The notes under the pieces are model-generated. The model was not told the DNA's origin. It saw only the letters and a list, made by a program, of their open reading frames with translations, and searched no databases. A program made the translations under genes and the position numbers. From Octopus bimaculoides (taxonomy: Eukaryota), in the NCBI RefSeq assembly GCF_001194135.2, contig NC_068983.1, positions 26,861,546 through 26,908,811 of the forward strand: 47,266 bases of DNA. Direction: 5' to 3'. Below, piece after piece: positions 10,751-22,765 of this stretch; the stretch's first letter is position 1, and each line of letters starts with the position of its first letter.

Positions 10751-12643
10751 AAATATGAATAGTCTAATATTGTTGCGTATAAAATCCAGGTAGGAAACAA
10801 AAATGCTATAACACACATGGGAATCGTACCCACAAATTGTATTTGCATGAAAAGATTACACCGAAATTCTAAACAGTTTCTTTATTAAATTTAAGAACTA
10901 TGATTACATAGCGGAGTGTTAACATGGATATATTCTGCACAAGTTGAGAAACCGAAACGAGTGAAATTTGGGAAATATAAGTATATATTGGCCATCAAAA
11001 TTTGTGTAATTTTCGGGTATACAAATCCACGACATAAAGCATCACGAACATAAGTGGGTGTGTTCGATTCCCACACGATCTAATACGCCAGTTTTGAGTT
11101 CGTGGGCTTTTACAGCCTAATATTACACTATATTCTATAGTCATTATCTTCTCGTCTCCGTTTGTTAAGTCATCCAGAATGTGCATATATACATGCATGT
11201 AAGTAGATTATATATATATATATATATATNNNNNNNNNNNNNNNNNNNNNNNNNNNNNNNNNNNNNNNNNNNNNNNNNNNNNNNNNNNNNNNNNNNNNNN
11301 NNNNNNNNNNNNNNNNNNNNNNNNNNNNNNNNNNNNNNNNNNNNNNNNNNNNNNNNNNNNNNNNNNNNNNNNNNNNNNNNNNNNNNNNNNNNNNNNNNNN
11401 NNNNNNNNNNNNATATATATTGGCTTTCACGTCATTTTGTAAACAGCTTCATTTCGAGTGACACACATTTGTCTCCTCAAATAAAACTGAGTTTCAAAAC
11501 CTGCTGTTTATATCTGCCTTTGTAACAGACAGGCGACTCTTCACTGATTAGGAGCCTTCTATTGTATGGAATCAAGATCGTCATTCCAATTCTGCTAGCT
11601 ATAGAATACCTTTCATAGAGCAGTATATACATCGCATCAATACATATCTATATATGCACATTCGTTTGTATCCAAATATTCATGTAGTATAGTTGAAGAC
11701 TTTTTCGTTGCCGTTACAGTTTTCTATCTGTTAATTTTGCTGCAATTGTTTTAATATTTGGTGTTGTTAGGGACTTTTATGTGATACTCATGGAAATGAA
11801 ATTGAGTTTTGCCGTAAATTAATGAATAACATTTTATAGCTTTCAAATTTGCAAATTTCAGATAATTTTAGCCAATTGAAAGCCCCATAAACATTGGTGC
11901 ACGTTTCCAATTGACAGCTGGTGTCTGCTTAATGAATGTTTCCTGTCATTACATCATTTTCGTAATTTCTGGGGACCTTTTCAACCTATATAGAAGCATA
12001 ACCCCCAATTTATTCGTGTAACCTTTCATGTATAATGGAGAAATTGAAAACTGGGTTTCTTACTTGCAACTGAAGATTGTTATCTGTATACAAAGAGACA
12101 CTATATGAAGACGAAAATGTTGCCTAGGAACTATTACTGGCTATGCTACCGAACACGATGCAAAGAATGTGTGTCTTCAGTAAAGATACATGGTTCGAAG
12201 GTGAAACCCATTCTCTTACGACTGTACTATTTTTACTTTACACGTAGGTCAAGGAATTGATTTCAGTCTGATTTTTTGTTGAAGAGCTGGTGATGATCCA
12301 CTGCGGAGCTGCTTAATTGTACACGTACGCGCCTGGCTATATCCATGCTTTTTCATGTACTCTTAACAGTGTGTACCAAATTATTTCTTTGTACTCAATG
12401 GAAAATACGCAAACCCATTCGTTAGTAAAATATTTATGCATGGATAATGCAGTGTCTAATGGTAATTTTTGTCCAGTTTTTTGAGGTTATGTTTTGACTT
12501 TTTACCAACATAATGTCCTTTGCCACGAATTGCTTAATGTGATTAGACAATAATTTATACACAGTGTTCTCTTATGTATCGTCTAACATTTTATTCTTTT
12601 AACGTCTAGCCGAGATTTATTATTGTTGGTGCTGATGTTGCTG

Positions 12644-12665
12644 TTATTATTATTATTATTATTGA

Positions 12666-12722
<57 letters not shown>

Positions 12723-12726
12723 TAAT

Positions 12727-12775
<49 letters not shown>

Positions 12776-12786
12776 GTAATAATAAT
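12644..12786. repeat. Inverted (TTA)n/(TAA)n microsatellite
   Basis: (TTA)n runs to 12720 and switches to (TAA)n after CATAATAT. Confidence 0.95.
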
Positions 12787-13724
12787 CATATTGCTTTAAA
12801 CCGCTTGCACCATTCAATATTTAAATGGTTCACTTTATTATTTATTACTAATGCGATTATTGAAAATAGTTTCCTCATATTTTCACAAACTTTATTTTTA
12901 ACATCCTGCAACATAATGGCAATTTAAAACCGTTAATGCCTTCGAGACAAATGGGATATTATAAACTCCCATAAATAATTATCGTCTTTTATCGACACCG
13001 TAAGTGAATAGTGAAATACGAGTTTATTTTGTGTGAACTCAGAAGTGATCTTTCGGTAGTCTTCAATAAGGAAAACGTAGTAAAAATATTTTTATGCATA
13101 TTGTCAATGCTTTGGGGAGGATATAAGTAAAGTGATTGGAATCGGTTAAACGTTATTTTCGATTGAACTGATCAAAACTTTCTTTATTAACTAGTGAATG
13201 ATCAAAGACGGGTTCGATATTTGCGGTGTTTGACAAAAGTTGTTTAATTTTAAATACGAGAATACATTTTTATTTCACAATACTTTATCGGCTGTCTCAA
13301 CTATATTAATCAACTAGACCACAACCTGTGCAAAATGCTATTATTCATCATGATATTTTGTTCCAAGGTCGACTGACGCATCCCCATCTGCTCAGGAAAT
13401 TATATGCGATTCTATATAAGCGTTCGGCCTGGAAAACGTAGGCGTCAAGCCTAGAGCCTTAAAAATAGAAATATTTGAGAATGAAATCAGCGGTAAATTG
13501 TTCTTACAAACATTATATCAAGGCTGACAAATATACCATTCATACTTTTGGTCATTATTCACTGATGCCAGTGCTCAGCAGTAGTTATAAATGCAATGAT
13601 ATATTCTATAGCAGTTACTGAAAGTAGGAGGTTTTACTTTGTACACATAATGCACTTAACAAACTATGGCAAACTTGATCGAGGGAAAAACAAAGGCCGA
13701 TACAGCTTTGTATATACAGCTCTG

Positions 13725-13757
<33 letters not shown>

Positions 13758-14062
13758 NNNNNNNNNNNNNNNNNNNNNNNNNNNNNNNNNNNNNNNNNNN
13801 NNNNNNNNNNNNNNNNNNNNNNNNNNNNNNNNNNNNNNNNNNNNNNNNNNNNNNNNNNNNNNNNNNNNNNNNNNNNNNNNNNNNNNNNNNNNNNNNNNNN
13901 NNNNNNNNNNNNNNNNNNNNNNNNNNNNNNNNNNNNNGTACAGGTATGTGCATACCGACATCCACCTGTATGTATAGGTGTATATCTGGGTACAGGACAT
14001 TGCAAAGAAAACGTAGACGAGAAAAACCGCAAGCCACATAGAGAACATTCTACTTCATCAGC

Positions 14063-14116
14063 TACCCACGTTTTAACACCGGCGTTTCGACGGGCTTGGG
14101 CAGGACTCATCGTTAA
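14063..14116 (-). ncRNA. Degenerate type I minimal hammerhead-like motif
   Basis: Minus strand: GTTTTAA-CGATGAG-tcctgcccaagcccgt-CGAAAC-GCCG-GTG-TTAAAAC. A 7-bp stem I closes the motif. U4 is missing and the triplet is GUG. Confidence 0.4.
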
Positions 14117-14670
14117 AACGGCTCATCCAATGGACCGCAGATTAAATTTGAATACGCAAATTAAATCTTGCCATGGAGGAATGTAGTGGCGGACAAAAAA
14201 CAAGACAGGAAAACAAACAGAAAAGGCTTTACGGCCAGACGAGAAAAATGTGTGTGTACGAACGCTGTGAGGCACGAACTTGAAAGGGACGAAGGTTCGC
14301 GTGTTTCCTCGGCGATAGCCAAGGAAGAAAAGGATTATTGACCGGAAGCATGTGACCATGCCCGTGTAAGGAGAAGAGAGAGAGTGGTAAAGGGAGAAAC
14401 AAAAGGAGGAAGTAGAAGAATAGGTGAGCAACGAGAGGAAAAGAGAAAGAGAGGAAGTACGAGGGGGAAAAAGAGATACGTAGTAGTAACAGAGGAAGAA
14501 CGAGAGGGGTAAAGCGAGATACGTAGTAGTAAAGAGGAAGAATGAGAGGGGGAAAAAGATAGAGGAAGAGAAAGAGAAAGAGATAGAGTAGCGGCGGAAG
14601 ATATAAGTTTACGAAAAGTTTACAATTGGAGACGCCGCGTTCAGTCATGTAAAAACAAATAGTAAATGAG

Positions 14671-14702
<32 letters not shown>

Positions 14703-14711
14703 TATAAATAT

Positions 14712-14866
14712 AACGGGGTTCTTTCAGTCTCCGTCTACCAAAACCACTCATAAGGCTTTGGTTGGCCCGAGGCTATAGTATAAGACACTTTCCCAAGGTG
14801 CCGCGCAGTGGTACTGAACCAGGAACCATGTGGTTGGTAAGCAAGCTACTTACCACACAGCCACTC
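14712..14866 (-). mobile_element. tRNA-derived SINE family C (GAGTGGCTGTGTGGTAAG… head with CORE-like GGCACCTTGGGAAAGTG)
   Basis: Reverse complement of the head seen at 45264. Confidence 0.9.
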
Positions 14867-15159
14867 ATATATATATATANNNNNNNNNNATTATCAAATT
14901 AACTAGACCTCACGCCAGTACAATTGCCACGCCCAGCGATAATAACCAGTCCGGGAACCAGCGTCACAGATAGTGCACAAACAATAGACATAGAGTGACC
15001 AGACTCGCAGCATATGATACCACCGGTACAATCGCCATACCTAGAGACGATGACCAATCCAGGAACAGCGACATGGAGGAGGTATCCGTGTTCCCAGAGC
15101 CAACACCACAGATGATGACCAACTAATTATCTTCGACACCGATGAAATGACCGACCCTG

Positions 15160-15546
15160 CACCATATGTTATCAGGGGCGCGAATATGGTGACATCTCAT
15201 GTTTGTAAATATATAGGATCTGCCAGTACTTGGTTCAAACGACCTTTTCTTAAGTACCAGTCATTCTTCAGAGTCCTAGAAACGTGGTTTATCTCGTCCC
15301 TGGCCCGCCATGTGTGACACATCAAAGATCAAGGGACCCCGTGTGATATCAGGTGGAAAACAATTGATCATCCGGGCCAATATATTAATGGAAGTGTTTG
15401 TTACAAGATCTGAATCGCTAAGATCCAAAATTCTGAAGGACTATACGAAACCTGGCACGTTAAATAGTCGTAAGGAAGTGTTTTCTAAATGTGTACGCTT
15501 CAAGCGCTATCTACTGGAAAACTGGATCTCCCTGTTTGCTGGTTAG
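15160..15546 (+). mobile_element. Penelope-like element (Naiad-type) GIY-YIG endonuclease remnant
   Basis: Translation with frameshifts: ICYQG…CKYIGSASTWFKR…LARHV*HIKDQGTPCDIRWKTID…INGS…KILKDYTKPGTLNSRKEVFSKC…RYLLEN. It contains YIG and the C-terminal LNSR.E..SKC motif of Penelope-like EN domains. Confidence 0.8.
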
Positions 15547-15690
15547 GCATTTTCGGTCTAGAAGGACTATCTCACGGGAGACAACCCGTTCTCATTAAGT
15601 TTTTTTTTTCTTTTTTGTTATGGCGTATTTCTCGATTTCTTAGCGTTTCCTCACGTCTGTGACGTAGAAATTTAAAATGTGTGTCTTTAT

Positions 15691-15780
15691 ATAGAGACTG
15701 ACAAGCTGTCCACAAGGCTTTGGCTTTGTGCATACGAAATCTTGGGTAACTCTATGACCAAGATATTAAATCTTTGTAGT
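15691..15780 (+). ncRNA. Hammerhead-like motif immediately 3' of the Penelope-like ORF
   Basis: CTGACAAG (15698-15705; G8>A), a long stem II (CACAAGGC-TTTG-GCTTTGTG), GAAA (15736-39), a 6-bp stem III (TCTTGG/CCAAGA) and an AUA triplet. Stem I is imperfect. Confidence 0.55.
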
Positions 15781-17684
15781 AATACTCACTGCTCTATTCT
15801 TAAGAGTGTGTTCTTTTCTGATATGTTTAATTATTCAACTATATAAGTATATATATATATATNNNNNNNNNNNNNNNNNNNNNNNNNNNNNNNNNNNNNN
15901 NNNNNNNNNNNNNNNNNNNNNNNNNNNNNNNNNNNNNNNNNNNNNNNNNNNNNNNNNNNNNNNNNNNNNNNNNNNNNNNNNNNNNNNNNNNNNNNNNNNN
16001 NNNNNNNNNNNNNNNNNNNNNNNNNNNNNNNNNNNNNNNNNNNNNNNNNNNNNNNNNNNNNNNNNNNNNNNNNNNNNNNNNNNNNNNNNNNNNNNNNNNN
16101 NNNNNNNNNNNNNNNNNNNNNNNNNNNNNNNNNNNNNNNNNNNNNNNNNNNNNNNNNNNNNNNNNNNNNNNNNNNNNNNNNNNNNNTTATATATGTATGT
16201 ATGTATCTTTGTGTGTGTATGTGTTTATGTGTATGTAAATATGTATGCATTTAAGTGCGTATGTCGTTGTTTCTGAGTTTTTCTCCCACCACTACGTGAC
16301 AATGTGACAATGGGTGTTGATGTATTTATGCATCCGTAAATAAATTAGCAGATCGGTAGATCCACCGACAATGGTGTAAATACTGTGGATGACGTCAATT
16401 AACCATAGGCATGGAAGCGGCTAGACTATTATCCTTACTAAATGTAAGTCCCAGGTATGAAACGTGGCTTATAATGAATGCTAAAATATATATCCGGTCA
16501 TATTCAGAAAAGTTTGATTGCATATGAATATCATACCGAAGTAAAATATCAGAAATATATTAATTCGAAGTAACAGACCAAAAACAATCTAAATTTAAAT
16601 AAATTCACCGATCATGTAAAACAACGACGGTAAGGAATGTAGGAATACTATTGCTAAGCAAATATATTCCATACAGAGTGTCTTGTCTTAATGGGGTTGT
16701 GGTAGACTCCAAATAAAGAACAATGATGTGACTAAACGTAAAAAGAAAATAGGACGTCAATGGTCGCTGCTGGAGAATATCAACTGAGGATAGATACCGC
16801 TGAAGAAATTCATTTGCTTCTGCAAACTTGTTTCAACTTATATGAATAGTCATCTTTGATTGTCGACAACTAAGTATTAAGATACCAACACTGCGAAAAA
16901 CGTGGGCTATGTTTAAAGAAATTGTATTTAATCTTTCCTAGCTTTTTCGTATGTTATGATATATCAACATAGTAAATATTTTGACTCATATATTTCCTGC
17001 TATTTAAGATTTTGTGTATATCAGCCGAAACGTTGTGTTAGCAACAAACAAGATGAAGACAAATAGCCGTCAAATGTCAATAATAGAAAAAAATGTATAT
17101 ATTAATATGTTATCTCCCCCAAAAAAAAACTGCCGGTAAATTCTAATTCAAGAATGTAATTAATGTGGAACAGGTGTATCAAATAGTGCGTATGATTTTT
17201 GAAAGAAGGCAACAGAATACATAATATGAAATATGAAAAGGAACCGCTAGTCTAAAAGTTGAATATGTTGTAAGAAAGGACGATTTCAGTAAAATCTAAA
17301 TAATAAAGTAGGTTACATATTAATGCAAATTTTGATTATTTGCCTTGGGACCCGATTAACAATTTGAAAGGAAAATTGATGGCCAATTTACTCGATAAAA
17401 ATATACTTTGCATTACCAAAATACGAATTATGAATGCACAAACCCGCGGGATTTGAATTAATTGTTTTAAGTAATAAAACTAAATGCTGCACAGCATTGA
17501 CACTTGCAATGTAAGTATGCCTGCCATTTCAGCGTCCTCAGAATGTCTATCATTTTTATGCTTTTCACAGTAATGTTTTTTTCTAAATCAGTGCATGCAA
17601 ATAAAGGAAATAGTTATAGAATACATTATCATACGTCAGCATGAAAATTACAGAACTGTGTAAATGGTGGCTTTAAATATTGAT

Positions 17685-18480
17685 CTAAAATTTTGGCACA
17701 ATGCTTGAAATTTGACGTGACCCGCTCAGTCGATTAAATCGATTCCAGTGATCAACCGGTACTTATTTTACCGACACCGAAATGATAAAAGCAAAGTCCA
17801 CCTCAGCGGAATTTCATCTTATAACGTAAAGACATCTCGCTAAACATTTTGGCCAGTGTTCTAACAATTCTGCCAGCATTTCACCTCAGGATGGCTTTAA
17901 ATATGACTTTGAAACTCAGAAAAAAACCCAACATTTCCTGGAGAGGATGCAAGTCGATTACAATGACTGCAGTGCTCAACTTGTCCTTATTTCATAGACC
18001 CGCAAATGATGAAAGACAAATTTGACTGCAGCGGTGTTTAAACTCAGAGGATAAAGCAGGACGAAATGCCGCTTAGTATTTTGACAGGTGTGCTAAAGAT
18101 TCTACCAACTCCCTGCCTTGGGATGGATTTATATAGGATCAGATTAATTAAGATAAACCAAAGCACCTGATGAGCTTTAAGGATTTGCATGTCACATGCG
18201 AAAGAGCTTTTTTAAAATGTATTTCACGTCGTTTGAGCTCATAATTCTTTTTACATAATTCTTTTTACATAATTCTTTTTCCTAAGCAAGGCCTGAAATT
18301 TTATGGGGAGAGTGTAGTCATTTATATCTACAATGGATCTTAGCAAATACTTATTAAATCCAGCCCGAAACGTTGAAACTCAAAGTTGACCTCAGCGGAA
18401 TTTGCACTTAGAATGTACAATGAGACCACATGCGTCTAAGCATTTTGTCTGTTGCGTTAACACCTTCGTTTTGACCAGTA
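17685..18480 (-). mobile_element. Three tandem, same-orientation diverged SINE family B copies (~17685-17885, ~17905-18119, ~18285-18480)
   Basis: Each copy has AAAGT(C/T)(C/G)ACCTCAGCGGAATTT or an equivalent, plus the ACTTATTT…GAC core. Confidence 0.75.
18161..18215 (+). ncRNA. Hammerhead-like motif with an intact CUGAUGAG core
   Basis: CTGATGAG (18167-74), a GCATG-TCA-CATGC hairpin, GAAA, then G-AGCT-TT with a palindromic AGCT loop. Stem I is not recognisable. Confidence 0.35.
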
Positions 18481-20176
18481 ATTGCATAAAGTATATCTTG
18501 AAATATCACAGGCTCTCACATCTCTCTTCCAAACATTACAGAATATTGCACATTTTCATTGGAATCTGTAACATCTTAGAGCATAATACTATTCACCTTT
18601 AAGGGAATTGTAATTACAATCCATTCATTCTATACAATCAACTTAATATTTAATGAAATACTTGATTTTAGAAACAACGGAAAAGTCGTTACATTTGACA
18701 GATGGGAAAACATTACCTTCTATGCACTGCCATAACAGAAAGGTTAAGATAAATGTAAATAATTGTGTAGCTAAGTGCTAATTAATAGAAACAATGAGTT
18801 GATGGTCTAATACACTCTGTCCAGTGTTTGTGAAATTATGATAAGGATTGAAAGTTAAGACACCAATTATAAGGTAGATGAGAAAGAAAGGAAATATTCC
18901 AGAAAACTAACGAAATAAATAGAATTATTGCTGAGAATCTTTGATAAGACTAAATCTATGAATGGCTTGAGGAAGAACAACACAGCTCACGCTGTAATCC
19001 CAAGTGGACGATCCAAAGTGACAAGAATATATCGGCTGATGTCAGCTTTAGTTCTTACAGAGGATCTTTCATTCTGCTGCTGTCTTTCTACATGTCACAT
19101 GCATCCATCTCATATTTATTTCCTCATTCAATCTTGAATATTAGAACATTTGTCAGTTTGAGATTACAGAAAAGCACAGAAGTCGCGATATTTAAGTATT
19201 TAGACATGACAGTTTTTATTTCATTCAACATCACGCTGTTGTCAGTTTTGTCAGCCAGTATAAATATATTTTTGGATTGTACTCAATCAACTCAATACAC
19301 ACGTATCCGTATTTCTAGAATGATTTGTATACGCATGTGTGTATGTGTGTGTAGCAAGAGAAATAGACTGATAAACAGATAAATAAATGTGAATATCAAT
19401 GTGCGTGCGCGTATATGTACGTATAATTGTATGTTAGTATGCAACAACACCTACAGAAGCCCATTCCTTTTAATGTCTGTCGAACGTTGTAGTTTCTTTC
19501 TAGCAAAAACTTATGTATTTCTTATGGTATTGAGTTGGGCTGTTTTAACAATCTATTGATTACTTTCAACAAGTCAGAAGGCTCTTTTTGTATTCTCATT
19601 CAATATAGAAGCCTGAGTTTATTTTATTATACAGTTGATAAATGAGAAGTATTCAGTGAAATTGGTGCACTATGAAACAAAAGAATTGTCAATGGACATT
19701 TTCTCACTTGGACTATAAGACACACTACACAAGGAGGTATTCATTTGCAGCAGCGGTTCACACCGCTGGTGGTGACACCTGTTAGTGGCGTAGTGAGCCT
19801 TCAAAAGGTATGATAAATGCAATACACCCAATGCTAGCGGTTCGTTGAGGGTGTGATTTTATTCTGTTAGAAATAAAATAAATCAAGTTATTATATTTTA
19901 AACACCTTTTCCAAACATGTTGGTTGTAATTAGAATATAAGTCGCTCATTGTGTTTTCAATTGAAAAAACCATGAATGATAATCCACCGAGGCCGAATAT
20001 AGTTTCATTATATGTATTTAAACATAAGGTCGCTGACGTACGCATATATCTAAAGAGTTGCAATTGACGGATGGGATTATATCGTTAAAATAGATTATAA
20101 ATTACCGCAGGAAGTTAACTTAGAAGTTTGCTTATTATTGTTGTTGTGGTTGTTTTCATCGTTGTTTGCAAAAAGA

Positions 20177-20493
20177 GAAGGCGCAATGGCCCAGTGGTTA
20201 GGGCAGGGGACACGCGGTCGGAGGATCGCGGTTCAGATTCCCAGACCGGGTGTTGTGTGTGTTTATTGAGCGAAAATACCTAAAGATCCACGAGGCTCTG
20301 GCAGCGGGTGGTCGCGACCCCTGTTGTACTCTTTCGCTCCAACTTTCTCTCACTCTTTCTTCCTGTTTCTTGAGTAACGCTGCGATGGACTGGTGTCCCG
20401 TCCAGCTGGGGGGGGGGACACATACGCCACAGAAACCGGGAAGCCGAGCCCATGAGCCTAGCTAGGCTTTAAAAGGGCGCATAAATAAATAAA
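20177..20493 (+). mobile_element. SINE family A head with an alternative 3' body (GCGATGGACTGG…CCCGTCCAG; V-domain-like)
   Basis: The first ~190 nt match 3637 and 5826, then the sequences diverge. (AAAT)n tail. TSD-like TTGCAAA(A)AGAG on both sides. Confidence 0.85.
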
Positions 20494-22149
20494 TTGCAAA
20501 GAGAGAGAGAGAGAGAGTTATAAAAGGCTATTTGGTGAAACCTGGTGTTGAGCTTCAAAGTATCGAAAATCACAGTTGCACAATGCCACTCAACTAGGTA
20601 AAGATATTAGTCAAATATCTCTGAATCGCTTTTTACAACATGCATTCTGCATTCATAGATATATTACAATGAGTAAAATGCGGACAAAATAGACGGAATC
20701 TTAGGAGTCGCAATTCTTTCTACCTCAGGAATTTTCTGTATGATCCGACCTGTCCTTCACAGCAGAAGAAACAACGATAGCTGAGATTAAAGCTTGTAAA
20801 TCTGAATAATAATTCGAATAATATTTAATATCTAGAATTACAGCATCCATGTCTCTCAAGCGGCCAGCCATCTCAGTATTAGTAGGCACGACAAACAGCG
20901 CTTCCAATGTATTATGGGGTTGTGTTGTCATAGTATAACATTCCAGAAAGGCAAACAACATTAAAGAAATAATGTTTATCATCTTCCTATTAATAAGTCA
21001 ATGAAGACTGTTCTGGCTACGTTGCACCCTACTCTGCGGCATTCATTAAAACAATTTAAATAATGAAGTAATTCAAGATATTTGAGAAACGAGTTATCAG
21101 CTGAAGCCAACAGACATCACTTACATTATTTTTATATCCCTACCCACATCTGATGGATGTAAAATAAGTACATGCACAGTGAGATGACAGAGAGGCGATC
21201 TATAGATTTATTCAACTGACTATTTTTAATTGAAAAACATTAATAGGAGAAATTATCGTAATTGTAGCATCATATTTCAAAATTTTGTAAATTGTTTTTA
21301 ATGTTGAGAAGTGAGGATCAGGATTATGTCTTACATTTTATCTAAGCAGAAATGAATGGAACTTAATATGAACGAAGATGTTTTGATTATATCATTTAGC
21401 CCGCCACAGTAAATAATATGAGTTAAAAATGCTGGAATGAACTTGAGAACGTATTATTGTCTGTCTTTATTTCTCTCACTCACTCTATCGCTCTTCATCT
21501 ATCTCTACCTCTCCTTTATAATCACACACACGCACACATACATACACATGTACATAATAGCATTGGACAACTGACAATTGCTTAGTTGATCTCCAATGCA
21601 GTGTCGAAATGTCTTTCGAGTGAATGTAATTTATATTTCCCAAAATAGATCTATTTGGCTTTTGTTACATCAAAGTATATTCCTGAAATATATTTAAGTT
21701 TCTCAATGTGAAAATGCACCAAAGAATTTGTTCACCACTCAAAGCATCTTAGAATAATAATGGATTGTTCAAATTTTCAATTGTAATTCAAAATCAATGT
21801 CCTTTAAAAGTAAAATGAAGATAAAACAATTTTGAGTTGACATAAAACTCAAAGATAGCTGAAGATATATTAGTCTCCTTAGCTGTTAGATAGAAGCGTA
21901 ATGGTCCTAAAATTTACGAATATATAACATTTAACAATAGAATATTAATATTCATTGTACAAAAAGGTTTCTCAGAACAAATGAGAAGGGTAATGATTCT
22001 CTAGCAATTAGCTTTTCTTTTTACTTAGCTATATAATTTCAAAAACAAACCAATTTGTCATTTACCCCACACATTAACAAAGGAAAGAAATAGTAATTAT
22101 TCAAAGCAACATATAGCGCACGATAATAGCTATAAGAAACAAACATTAC

Positions 22150-22440
22150 ATGTTTGACAATAATGTTTTTGCTGTAGTCCTCGCATTTCCGTGGCTGTTA
22201 ATAGCTGTTCTGTTTCTGTTTTTCATTTCTTTTTTTTTCTTTTTTTTTTGCAATCCACTTCACCATAAATGGAATGCCTCCATAAATCTTCTATTTTGTA
22301 TTAGGCTCACACCATGAGATATTACATGTCCTCATGCAAAACTATGTGTACTTTCTAGTCTTGATTTCTGCTCCATAAAGATGAATAATCTCTACATCCG
22401 CTCTGAAATCATTTTGCTCTAACAGTCATTCAATCCTTTT
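22150..22440 (-). mobile_element. Possible RTE-like LINE post-RT fragment
   Basis: Minus translation FRADVEIIHLYGAEIKTRKYT*FCMRTCNISWCEPNTK*KIYGGIP resembles the LLYG.E.W…NISW…N..LYG.LP pattern. Confidence 0.45.
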
Positions 22441-22634
22441 TAGATGTAAAACATTTTAAAAAGTACTATGGCTTAATATTTTATTTCCACGTAAGATTAC
22501 ATTCCACTAGATAAGATTACATTGTATATATTTCATGATTCAGTCCATATTACTGAATCGCTGAAATATCGTATATAAGAGTGTTTTCCCTTACTAGGTT
22601 CGTAACAATCTCGTAGTGAAATCGTCAAAGATAT

Positions 22635-22765
22635 AGTTGATTACATCGACGTTGATAGATACTTTAACAATTGACGCTTGAAAGGAAAGAGGAAGAGTTC
22701 TACCTTAGCGGGGTTTGATTTATGAATGTAAACTCACGAAACTAAGTGCGTAAGTGCATTTTATC
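22635..22765 (-). mobile_element. Highly diverged SINE family B copy
   Basis: GATTACATCGAC…GAAAGGAAAGAGGAAGAGTTCTACCTTAGCGGGGTTTGA aligns loosely to family B. Confidence 0.45.

Noticed and set aside
11170-11525. ORFs spanning N-runs (also 13596-14186, 15806-16276, 22959-23471, 32979-33326, 40366-40786)
   Set aside because: They appear open only because N-gaps contain no stops.
12100-12545. hAT transposase remnant on the minus strand (RHCIIHA*)
   Set aside because: Only the HCIIH pentapeptide matches; the flanking translation gives no further support.
17015-17080. GCCGAAACGTT… as another hammerhead
   Set aside because: Only the GAAAC half is present, with no CUGANGA upstream.
18940-19382. 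~145-codon stop-free plus-strand frame
   Set aside because: No motif, no convincing splice sites, and it ends in (TG)-rich sequence.
20725-20982. 85-aa minus-strand ORF
   Set aside because: No recognisable domain or consistent splice boundaries.
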